Shown: piece by piece, positions 28,544 to 37,898 of the stretch
Position numbering within the stretch: position 1 is the stretch's first letter
Layout: every line of letters begins with the position of its first letter
Virus record (IMG/VR): IMGVR_UViG_3300027212_000006
Span: 1-64,000 of that record
Strand: one strand, 5' to 3'
DNA: 64,000 nt
DNA from: a virus
Taxonomy: Duplodnaviria > Caudoviricetes
Position numbers and translations under genes: made by a program
The notes under the pieces: model-generated
What the model was told of the DNA's origin: nothing
Database searches by the model: none
What the model saw: the letters and a program-made list of their open reading frames with translations, nothing else

Positions 28544-31500
28544 ATGTCTCATGCTTTAGTTTGGCACGAATTAGATTACAATAGTGGATCAATAAATGAA
28601 TTCACACCTCAATTACCTGTAGTTAACTTAGGTGGGGCTGGAGCTGGCTCTACAATTAGGCAAGGTAGATGGGGTGTTAAATATTATCGTTTAAAATGGT
28701 TAAACACTAGTGTAGAAAATGTTAAACTCTGGCTTGACACTTATGCTGCTGATGTATATAACACTGTAAAGAAGCATGAAGGTTTAGATTTAGTTAGAGA
28801 TTATGGTTTTAAATACAAATATCTTCTTTTAGATCAATTAAATATTTCAACATTACCTGAAGCAAAAGCATCAACAAACGGACCTCTTTCTCTTAATGGC
28901 TCTGGGAAACTTAGAATTATTGGAAAGATAGGAGTTTACGACCCTCTACCTAACGATGTTGTTTTGGTAAAAAATCAAGAGGGTACTGGTAAAACTCAGA
29001 ATGGTATTTATATAGTTTCATCAGAGCAAGCTACATCTTATTTGGCAGCACAGAGAGACTCTAGTGTAACTTTTAGATCTGGTATGGGCGCAAGTGTAGA
29101 TGCTGGTTTTGGAACTACTTATTATTTATCCTACACACAGAAAGATCCATTAAGTATAGTCTCTCCTGGATCCGATACTGTTAAATGGATCGAAAGAAAT
29201 ATCACTGATATTGTTACTAGTGCCAAATATGCAACATCTGTAAATCACTCATCTACAGGAGCAGGAGCGGCCAAAACGCTTACAGTCACTTCAACTCAAT
29301 TTTTAGGGTCTACCGCTTCTACTAATCTTAATGTTAATGACAGAATTATAGTTAGAAGCCAAACAGATAGAAGAGAAAATGGTTTATACAAAGTTGCTTC
29401 TAAATATATTACAAATCAAAACTCTTTATTAGATCCTAGAGCAAGCGCAAATATATTAGACAGATATTGGGCAAGTGCTTCTATTGGCATAACTCAACTT
29501 ATTTCTCAAGGCCGTCCAATTGAAATTACAATTTTAAATGGAACTAATCAGGGTGGTAAAGTTTATAGATATTACCCAGACAATGCCACTACAAATAATT
29601 ACAAAGATTTAAATTGGTCTGAAGCAACATATCATAATACAAATATAACTGTAGATGCATATTTAGAACTTACTGCATCAAATACAGCCAGTGTTACTTT
29701 TGATGGAGCTGGTATTGGTACTTTCAGCGGTATCGGCACTACCCTTTCTGCAATTGGCGGAACAAGTTATATTCTTAATTTAAATGATGAATTATTAGTC
29801 AAGGATTTAAGAGTTGGTAAATCAAATCAAAGTGGCATTTACTATGTATCTAATGTTGGGACTGCAGTAACTATTACTAGACTTTCACCTTATGATGCTG
29901 GATCAGGTATTTCAGCCTTATCAATAAAAACTCTACTTTCTACCAATTCATATGGGGGACAGCATTTCTTCCTCAATAAAGAAGATCAATTAGCTTCATC
30001 ATTTGTATTAAACAGTTCCGGAATTGCTGTATCTGATCGTGTAATTCCTCATAAATATGCAAATGTAGGTAATTCAATCCTTGCTCAAATTAGTGGTGGC
30101 TATGGAGTTACTTATTTAAATGAAGCTAATACAGATAGAGGAGCTCTTTCTAACGGAGAAAGAGTATTGATTACAAACCAATCAGATGCCTATAAAAATG
30201 GCATTTGGGAGGTGTCATCTTTAACTGCAGATGCATTTAGTGGTTTAGCATTTACGGATAGCTATAGAATCCAAAATGGTGGATTAATATATGTGTCTGG
30301 TGGCACTGTTGGCTCTGGAAAAACCTACCTTCTCTATACCACTGCTTCAGACGGTACTTTCCCTGGATCAAATCAAGTTAAGTTTGTTGATTACAGCACG
30401 ACATATGGCTCAACTGGATTTACCACTGCTACTGCTATTGTTACTACAGATAAACTTTCCACATACTACGTTTCACCTACGGACTTTGGAACATCAATAT
30501 CTACAGGAAATAGAGTTGTTGTAAATATTAACAACTCCAATAATACAAAGAATGGTATTTATTCTGCCACTGTAACCGAAGTAGATAAATACAAATGGAA
30601 TTTTGATGAAGCATTTTCTACTTGGTGGGACAATATAAGTAAAAATAGTGTGGCTGGTACTAATCAAATTATTGGCAGAAAACAATATTTTCTAGGTCAA
30701 GATAATTCAATATATTATGTAAACAGTTTTGAAGAATCTACTAGAGGAAATATTTATGTTCCACAAGTCAACACACAGCAAGATTTTTTACTAACATTCT
30801 CAGATTATCAACTAGAAAATTATGATCTTGAATGGAATGAAATGGACTATCAGAAAATGTATGTAAGAGCTGCTCTTGCATGCACGACAACTCCACCAAG
30901 CACAGTAGCTACAGGTTCAACTGGATACAGAGTATATGCTTATGTTGGTGGAGCTGCATCAACATTCATTGACGGTGAAAATGTTTTAGTTATATGTAAT
31001 GATCTTTATCCTACAAATACTTCTGCAGACTTTGGTTCTACAACAAACTTTGCTTCTCCTAACAATGGTATTTATAAGGCTAGAGTAAGCTCAGGTGGAA
31101 CTGTTTACTTTGAAAAACATCCTGACTTTTTCTACTCATCTGCTTTTAGTGGTTCAGCTAAAACTATAGCTACCCCATATGAAAGGCCAGCTATTGTAAG
31201 AGTATCTGATGGATATGTCGGTGGCGTAGCCGGAACAATATCTTTAACTAAAAAAACTGTTTATATGCAAGGTTCACTTAAAGTAAAGAGTGGAGTATAC
31301 ACTGGTGATGGTGGTTCTGAAAATTTCATTTTAGGATCGAATATTAATCTCTCATATGCATATGACAATATGCACTTATTTCCAAAGGTAGCACCTGTAT
31401 CGTATATAGTAACTGATGAATTGTTACTGTCTAGATTAGATAATCCTATTGTTTTTGATACTTCAAATCCAACATTTGGAACTGTGCTAATAATTCCATT

Positions 31501-34471
31501 AAATATCACTTATGCAAATAGAGTTTGGCCTGGTTTGACTCTTGGCGATAGAGTTCTATTTAATTTTAAAGACTATAACTACTTAGGCCAAGGTGTTTTA
31601 AATTACAAATATGACGCATATGAAGTAAATGGTATTTATCAATGCATAGATATTTCATCTGGAAACTATCAATTCAGAAAAGTTATATATAACAAACAAA
31701 ATGGTCACTTAGATTATTTCAAAGACTTGACAAATAATGGTATTGGAACAAGTTCAGCTGGCATAATTACATTTAGTTTAAAATCTGCAAAAGACACAAA
31801 CTTTACATGGCATCCAAGTACATACTCTTATTTTGAAGTTTTCTACCAAGGTGCTGACAACGTTTACGTCCCTTACACTTCTGGAACCACTTCAATAGGA
31901 GCTACATCAGGAATTGTTAGAGTAGAGGCTGGATTTGGAATTACAATTGGTTCATCAGTTAAAGTTAGACTTAAACAATCTACAATCTTTTCTTCCAGAC
32001 TGTTAAACAATAATTTTGCTATTGAAAAAATAACCAATGATAAAGCAAATCTTACTTCATCAATAGGTAGAAGTAATTCAAATCTTTCATCTTATGATGT
32101 TGAAGAAAGATATTGGCAACAAAAGTATTATGATAATAATGAAAACAGAGAATTAACTAATTTTTATAAGTATGTTGCTGGAACTTCAGTAACTGGCAAA
32201 TCAACAGCAACATTTATTATTAGTAGCGATACTTTATATGGCACTGGTACAACCTATTTATTTAACAGACGACTAAGCCAAGATTCATCAGCATCAATTG
32301 GTTACACTGCAGATGGACTAGGTGATTTTTACCCTAATGACCCACCATCTACGACTTCAGATTTTTATGTTGGGCCTTGGTCGTTAGAAACTGGCAGCGG
32401 AAGTACACAATGGTATTATCAAAACTCTCCATTAGGCACACCTTATATTGATACACTCACAAATGATTATGGTAGTGCTCAAGAAGATGTAATTCTTGTT
32501 TTAAATAATAGATCTGGCTCATTAATTACTTCTGAGCAATCGAGCTATAAAACAAATTCTACAACTACAATTACAAGAGATACTTACGGTAAAAAAGATC
32601 AATATGTACTCAAATTTAAATCAACATACAGCTCAAAAGTAACATTAGCTTATCATGCAAGCTTCCCTAATCCTATGGTGCCGAAGCGTGTATCAGTAGG
32701 AACAGCTACAACTTATGTTCTTTATTATGACCCTGAAGCTACAGATCGAACGACTGATACTAGGAGATTTATTCTTCAATCTAGCCTTACTAAATACAGC
32801 AATGCTGGTGTAGCATCAACAAATAACTCTAACTTAAATACTGCAATTTCAGCTTCATTCAATGGAGTAACACTAAATAATAATTCTACTGTTTTACTTA
32901 AAGATCAAACTGATAAAAATCAAAACGGAATATACAAAGTAAGCAATATAAACTATTGGGAAATGTCCAGAGCTTCTGATATGGACGATGCTGGAAAATT
33001 AATTCCTTTTGGTACTGTAAATGTAAAATACACAAAAGGCGGAGTAAACGTTGATAAAGTTTACGAGCTTATCCTGCCTCAAGATAAAAATTACTCTGTT
33101 TGGGCATTTGGTGGGGCAGGCGGTACTAACTTAATATTCAATGCAATTCAAACAGTAAATAGATATAATGCTGCAGTAGCTACCACTACAAGCTATGCCA
33201 ATGTTACTACATCAACATCTATCCCTGATGTCATTGATGGCTATACAGTAGCAGACCAAGATAGAGTTTTGATGTTAAGCCAAAATGATTATCAAGCTGG
33301 TGTAGGCAATACTTTAAGATATCTATCAAGATTTTCTAAACAATTCTCAGCTTCTCTAGAAAGAGTTGTTACTGGAACCGGGTCTACAGAATTTTCTATT
33401 AGGTCATTTAGGATATTCCAAAATACAGGGACAGGTTCAAGCACCCAATACGAAACATATTTTGATCCAAGTGTTACAACCGTTGGTGTTGGTACAGTTA
33501 ATTTTATGACCGTTTCTTCAATCACAAATTTAGCACAATCAAATTATATTTCTAATAATGACATAGATTTGCTTTCAGATTTAAATGATAACCCAAGTTA
33601 CTTTGATCCAACTATTTCTACACTTACTTCTGGTTTAAAATTAATCTTGAAAGATCAAACAGACCCTAAAGAAAACGGTTTGTATATAACAGAAGCTTCA
33701 AAAATCATGCTTTTGGAAAGACATCCATCTTTAAGCACGACCAGCCAAATTGTTGATACCTTAAATGTAAATGTTTCAACTTATGATAGCGGAGTTTCTC
33801 AATCTGCAAAGTATGGAATATGGTTCAGTTCTCCAGTCACATTAGGTTCTTCTAATTTATATTTCTTAAGACAATATGAAACTTTGAAAAAAGCTAATTG
33901 TAAATGTGCAACAACAACTAATATTGCAAATTTAAATAGCCCTCCTACTACAATTGACGGGTACATTTTGCAGGAAAATGACAGAATATTAGTTAAAAAC
34001 CAATCTACAAATTCGCTTAATGGGATATATTATCTTTTCAATAAGCAAACAAACACTTGGCTAAGATCTTCTGACTTATCTTCAGATTATCAACTTGTTC
34101 CTCAAATAAGTGTTTATGTAGAAAGCGGTACTGCAAATGGGGATAAAGTATTTGTAATTGGTTTGTCAGATATTCCTAGTACATCAAGTACATATCCTTA
34201 CACAATTGGAACAAGTAATATGTCTTGGACTGAATATTCTATCACATCAGCTATTACTTCTAACCCAGATTTGTGGACAGATTTACCTGACTCCAAAGAC
34301 AATGCTGTTGATATGCAAAGTGCTAAAATAAATGCTTATGGTTATTCACAAAGTGGTGATTTTGCAATTGCAGTATACGTACCAGATATTACCGGAACCA
34401 TGCTAGCACTTAGCAATGGAAAAGTAAGAAATCAAAAAATAAATGTAGAATATGATATAGCAAAAGATTAA
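28544..34471 (+). CDS. Large virion protein with ~11 COG5301-like tail-fibre modules
   Basis: 1975 aa; recurring [DE]R[VI]LVKxQT...[QE]NG[IL]Y motif. Confidence 0.75.
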   Translation: MSHALVWHELDYNSGSINEFTPQLPVVNLGGAGAGSTIRQGRWGVKYYRLKWLNTSVENVKLWLDTYAADVYNTVKKHEGLDLVRDYGFKYKYLLLDQLNISTLPEAKASTNGPLSLNGSGKLRIIGKIGVYDPLPNDVVLVKNQEGTGKTQNGIYIVSSEQATSYLAAQRDSSVTFRSGMGASVDAGFGTTYYLSYTQKDPLSIVSPGSDTVKWIERNITDIVTSAKYATSVNHSSTGAGAAKTLTVTSTQFLGSTASTNLNVNDRIIVRSQTDRRENGLYKVASKYITNQNSLLDPRASANILDRYWASASIGITQLISQGRPIEITILNGTNQGGKVYRYYPDNATTNNYKDLNWSEATYHNTNITVDAYLELTASNTASVTFDGAGIGTFSGIGTTLSAIGGTSYILNLNDELLVKDLRVGKSNQSGIYYVSNVGTAVTITRLSPYDAGSGISALSIKTLLSTNSYGGQHFFLNKEDQLASSFVLNSSGIAVSDRVIPHKYANVGNSILAQISGGYGVTYLNEANTDRGALSNGERVLITNQSDAYKNGIWEVSSLTADAFSGLAFTDSYRIQNGGLIYVSGGTVGSGKTYLLYTTASDGTFPGSNQVKFVDYSTTYGSTGFTTATAIVTTDKLSTYYVSPTDFGTSISTGNRVVVNINNSNNTKNGIYSATVTEVDKYKWNFDEAFSTWWDNISKNSVAGTNQIIGRKQYFLGQDNSIYYVNSFEESTRGNIYVPQVNTQQDFLLTFSDYQLENYDLEWNEMDYQKMYVRAALACTTTPPSTVATGSTGYRVYAYVGGAASTFIDGENVLVICNDLYPTNTSADFGSTTNFASPNNGIYKARVSSGGTVYFEKHPDFFYSSAFSGSAKTIATPYERPAIVRVSDGYVGGVAGTISLTKKTVYMQGSLKVKSGVYTGDGGSENFILGSNINLSYAYDNMHLFPKVAPVSYIVTDELLLSRLDNPIVFDTSNPTFGTVLIIPLNITYANRVWPGLTLGDRVLFNFKDYNYLGQGVLNYKYDAYEVNGIYQCIDISSGNYQFRKVIYNKQNGHLDYFKDLTNNGIGTSSAGIITFSLKSAKDTNFTWHPSTYSYFEVFYQGADNVYVPYTSGTTSIGATSGIVRVEAGFGITIGSSVKVRLKQSTIFSSRLLNNNFAIEKITNDKANLTSSIGRSNSNLSSYDVEERYWQQKYYDNNENRELTNFYKYVAGTSVTGKSTATFIISSDTLYGTGTTYLFNRRLSQDSSASIGYTADGLGDFYPNDPPSTTSDFYVGPWSLETGSGSTQWYYQNSPLGTPYIDTLTNDYGSAQEDVILVLNNRSGSLITSEQSSYKTNSTTTITRDTYGKKDQYVLKFKSTYSSKVTLAYHASFPNPMVPKRVSVGTATTYVLYYDPEATDRTTDTRRFILQSSLTKYSNAGVASTNNSNLNTAISASFNGVTLNNNSTVLLKDQTDKNQNGIYKVSNINYWEMSRASDMDDAGKLIPFGTVNVKYTKGGVNVDKVYELILPQDKNYSVWAFGGAGGTNLIFNAIQTVNRYNAAVATTTSYANVTTSTSIPDVIDGYTVADQDRVLMLSQNDYQAGVGNTLRYLSRFSKQFSASLERVVTGTGSTEFSIRSFRIFQNTGTGSSTQYETYFDPSVTTVGVGTVNFMTVSSITNLAQSNYISNNDIDLLSDLNDNPSYFDPTISTLTSGLKLILKDQTDPKENGLYITEASKIMLLERHPSLSTTSQIVDTLNVNVSTYDSGVSQSAKYGIWFSSPVTLGSSNLYFLRQYETLKKANCKCATTTNIANLNSPPTTIDGYILQENDRILVKNQSTNSLNGIYYLFNKQTNTWLRSSDLSSDYQLVPQISVYVESGTANGDKVFVIGLSDIPSTSSTYPYTIGTSNMSWTEYSITSAITSNPDLWTDLPDSKDNAVDMQSAKINAYGYSQSGDFAIAVYVPDITGTMLALSNGKVRNQKINVEYDIAKD

Positions 34472-34537
34472 TAGAAGGTTATAACATAAATACACTGTAA
34501 TTAAAATTATATCTTGATTATCATGTGAGAACTTAAA

Positions 34538-34996
34538 ATGCATAATATCGAATCAGAATTTCATTCACTCTTAGAGGAAATTGCTCCGAACGCTCATTCA
34601 ACAGACGAACAAGCTAGAATCATTGCTGAGGCTTCATCAATATATAGCAAAATCTCTTCTAGAAGAATTGCGAAAAGAAATAATCCAAGATTGGTTGAAG
34701 CTCAAATGACTGAAGCTATTTTACAAGCTATGGGATCTGTTTCTAAATGGGATGAAAATTATGATCTTCCATTTGTAGATGCTCATGGGTTATCTACCAA
34801 CCAGATTCTAAGGCAAGCAAGCAAAACATCAATTACTAATTGGGGTACAAACAAAGTTCTTAATCCAGACTTATTAAAAGAAGATGATCAAGATGGAGAT
34901 TTGTTTGATTTCAAGAATGGCGACAATCAAGAACCAGATGCATTTACTGAAGAACCAAAACATAGAACAGATTTTCAATCAAACAATACTAGATAA
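34538..34996 (+). CDS. Hypothetical protein
   Basis: 152 aa; contains RRIAK, VEAQ and RQAS motifs. Confidence 0.7.
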   Translation: MHNIESEFHSLLEEIAPNAHSTDEQARIIAEASSIYSKISSRRIAKRNNPRLVEAQMTEAILQAMGSVSKWDENYDLPFVDAHGLSTNQILRQASKTSITNWGTNKVLNPDLLKEDDQDGDLFDFKNGDNQEPDAFTEEPKHRTDFQSNNTR

Positions 34997-35679
34997 TGAA
35001 AAGATTAAAGATTGCTCAAATGCCACCAGCTGATCCTGCAGCAGCAGCTGGTGCAGCGCCTCCAATGGACCCTATGGGTGGCATGGGTGGTATGGGTGGC
35101 GGAATGCCAGGTATGGATCCCATGATGGGCGGAATGGGTGGACCTCCAACACTACCAACCGCCATGCCTGGTGCAACTGGTGTCACTCGTGAAGAAATTG
35201 GTTCACCATTAGACAAGCTTGGAAAGATTCTTTATGACGTGGATATTAATTCTCTTTTGTTAACTCAATTAGGAGACGATGTCGAAGACACTGCACTTTC
35301 AGTATGGACGCTTTATGGTGGGGATGAACAAGGTGTTGATGTTGTAGTAGGTCGTACAGGCAAAAGAATTAAGAGAAAAGATGTCTCTAAAGAAGAAGAA
35401 GAAGCTGAACAAGAAAGAACAGAAGAAAAAAGATGGGAAAGATTACCAGCTGGAATGTCAATTGCTGATATAACTTCTTTAGACAAAATGGTAAATCAAA
35501 TTAGAGGAATTGCATCAAGCGCAGTTAAGAACGAACTTAAAGCTCAAGGTGCTGCAGCCGGAGGCGGAATGCCAATGGCTCACAGAAATAGAGATATTGT
35601 AAAAATTGCCAGAAAACTCGATTTAATTGGATTTTACCGCTTGGCAGACACAATATCCTCAAAGCTAACTAAAATCTAA
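34996..35679 (+). CDS. Hypothetical protein with G/M/P low-complexity region
   Basis: MKRLKIAQ then MGGMGGMGGGMPGMDPMMGGMGG; C-terminal IVKIARKLDLIGFYRLAD helix. Confidence 0.75.
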   Translation: MKRLKIAQMPPADPAAAAGAAPPMDPMGGMGGMGGGMPGMDPMMGGMGGPPTLPTAMPGATGVTREEIGSPLDKLGKILYDVDINSLLLTQLGDDVEDTALSVWTLYGGDEQGVDVVVGRTGKRIKRKDVSKEEEEAEQERTEEKRWERLPAGMSIADITSLDKMVNQIRGIASSAVKNELKAQGAAAGGGMPMAHRNRDIVKIARKLDLIGFYRLADTISSKLTKI

Positions 35680-35705
35680 AATCTTTGTTTTTTTAAGCCA
35701 AAATC

Positions 35706-35746
35706 GGTATAATGCTGTGGTAAGATAAATTATCACAGCATTTTTT
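35706..35746 (+). promoter_or_regulatory. GGTATAAT -10 box overlapping a terminator-like hairpin upstream of gyrB
   Basis: TATAAT 35708-35713; stem AATGCTGTGGTAA-GATAAA-TTATCACAGCATT (35711-35742, one G.T pair) followed by TTTT. Confidence 0.6.
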
Positions 35747-35768
35747 AATGCCTGATTAGGAAGTTAAA

Positions 35769-37898
35769 ATGGCAAATCAATACAACGAAGACTCAATCCA
35801 GATTTTGGAAAGTCAAGAAGCAGTGCGAACACGCCCTGCTATGTATATTGGGGATACTGGTAAAAAGGGTCTTCATCACCTTGTTTGGGAAATCTTAGAC
35901 AATTCAGTCGATGAAAACATGGCTGGACATTGTTCAAAGATTAATGTTATTGTATCCGCAGACAACAAAACATTAACAATCATTGATAATGGTCGTGGGA
36001 TTCCAACAGCAGTAAAACAAGAAGACCCTAAGAAAAGAAGCACTCTTGAAATTGTCCTTACCGAACTTCACGCTGGTGGTAAGTTTGGCGATGACGGATC
36101 TGGTTATGAAGCTGCAGGTGGGTTACATGGTGTTGGCGCTTCCTGTGTAAACTTTCTTTCTTTAAACCTTACTGCAGAAGTTAGCAGAGATAAAAAACTA
36201 TATCAATTAAACTTTAAAAGAGGAATCCCAGTTGAGCCTGTTAAGGAAATTGGGACTTCAACAAGCACTGGAACTAAAATAGTATTTACTCCTGACTTTA
36301 ACATCTTTGGTCAGTTTGCAGTAGAGGATGCTTTCCGTGAGCATTTGATTGATGATTTTGAAGTTGATGAAGTATTTGCCGAATGTTCTGGTAAGTGGCG
36401 TAAAGCTTTAATTAATGGCGAAGTAAATGGCTCTGTCTTTTTTGATATTTTTAAGTCAACTAAAATTAGTGAACAATCCTTAGATATTATTTATAGGATT
36501 TGGCATAAAAGAAGCAATGACAATATTCACTTTGATGAAGCGATATTGCTGCGCCGTCTACGTGAAACTGCTTATCTAAATGGTGGCTTGAAGATTGTTT
36601 ATGATAACAAATATACAGGCAATAAAGAAGAGTTTTATTTTGAAGGTGGAATTGCTGATTATGTCAGTTATTTAGCATCAACCAAAACAGGCATTTTCCC
36701 AAGTAAACCATTTTTCTTTGACAACAAAAGTGGAAAGGTTAATGTTCAAGTAGCCTTTCAATATGCCGAAGAAGATGACGAGTCCATTTACACTTATGCA
36801 AACAACATCAATACTGCAGATGGTGGAACTCACTTGTCAGGATTTAAGACTTCAATTACCAGAGTAGTAAATCAATTTGCTCGTTCATCTGGTGTATTAA
36901 AAGAAAAAGAGCCAAACCTTACTGGTGAAGATATCCGTGAAGGCATTGTTGCAATTATTTCTGTAAGACTTCCACAACCACAATTTGAAGGTCAAACTAA
37001 AGGTAAGCTTGGTTCTCAGGAAGTTGAAGGTGTAGTAAATAGATTATTCTCTGAAGCTATTACTGAATATTTTGAAAAGAATCCTACAATTGTTAAATCA
37101 ATTGCAGAAAGAGCTTTAAGGGCTGCAAAAGCAAGAGCAGCAGCAAAGAGAGCATCGGAGTCTATCAAGAGACAAGGCTTCCTTGGACGATCTGGATCAC
37201 TGCCAGGAAAGCTGGCTGATTGCAATTCAGAAGACGCTACCACTACTGAGCTTTATATTGTTGAAGGTGACTCTGCTGCTGGATCATGCAAAGGTGGTCG
37301 TGAGCCAGAATACCAAGCAGTTATGCCTATTCGTGGAAAGATCATTAACCCAGAGAAAAATGATTATGCAAAGTTAATGCAAAACGAAGAAGTAGCTGCA
37401 ATTATTTCCGCCCTTGGCACTGGTATTCGTGATGATTTTAATATCGCAGATCTAAGATATGGAAAAATTATCATCATGACTGACGCAGATGACGATGGAG
37501 CACATATTGCTGCGCTTTTGATGACTTTCTTCTACCGTTTTATGCGTCCTTTGATTACAGAAGGGCACTTGTATATTGCTAAACCACCACTATACAGAGT
37601 AAATGTGAAGAACCAGAAGTTTTATATTCACACAGATGCTGAACTTGAGGGGTACCGAAAGAAGTATGGTGATAAAATTGAAGTGACAAGATTTAAAGGT
37701 CTTGGCGAAATGGATGCTGATGAATTGGGCACTACGACCATGGAAATTGGCAAACGTCAAATCATTAAAGTAAATATTGATGATTTGGATGAAGCGTCAA
37801 GAATCTTATCAGTTTTGATGGGAAGTAATGTTGCTCCTCGTAAAGAGCATATTATCAACAAGTCTGCGCAACGTGTATTGGAGTTAAACAATGGCTAG
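35769..37898 (+). CDS. gyrB: DNA gyrase subunit B
   Basis: EAVRTRPAMYIG, EILDNSVDE, DNGRGIP, LHAGGKF, GGLHGVGAS, EGDSA, PIRGKIIN, MTDADDDG, RFKGLGEM. Confidence 0.97.
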   Translation: MANQYNEDSIQILESQEAVRTRPAMYIGDTGKKGLHHLVWEILDNSVDENMAGHCSKINVIVSADNKTLTIIDNGRGIPTAVKQEDPKKRSTLEIVLTELHAGGKFGDDGSGYEAAGGLHGVGASCVNFLSLNLTAEVSRDKKLYQLNFKRGIPVEPVKEIGTSTSTGTKIVFTPDFNIFGQFAVEDAFREHLIDDFEVDEVFAECSGKWRKALINGEVNGSVFFDIFKSTKISEQSLDIIYRIWHKRSNDNIHFDEAILLRRLRETAYLNGGLKIVYDNKYTGNKEEFYFEGGIADYVSYLASTKTGIFPSKPFFFDNKSGKVNVQVAFQYAEEDDESIYTYANNINTADGGTHLSGFKTSITRVVNQFARSSGVLKEKEPNLTGEDIREGIVAIISVRLPQPQFEGQTKGKLGSQEVEGVVNRLFSEAITEYFEKNPTIVKSIAERALRAAKARAAAKRASESIKRQGFLGRSGSLPGKLADCNSEDATTTELYIVEGDSAAGSCKGGREPEYQAVMPIRGKIINPEKNDYAKLMQNEEVAAIISALGTGIRDDFNIADLRYGKIIIMTDADDDGAHIAALLMTFFYRFMRPLITEGHLYIAKPPLYRVNVKNQKFYIHTDAELEGYRKKYGDKIEVTRFKGLGEMDADELGTTTMEIGKRQIIKVNIDDLDEASRILSVLMGSNVAPRKEHIINKSAQRVLELNNG

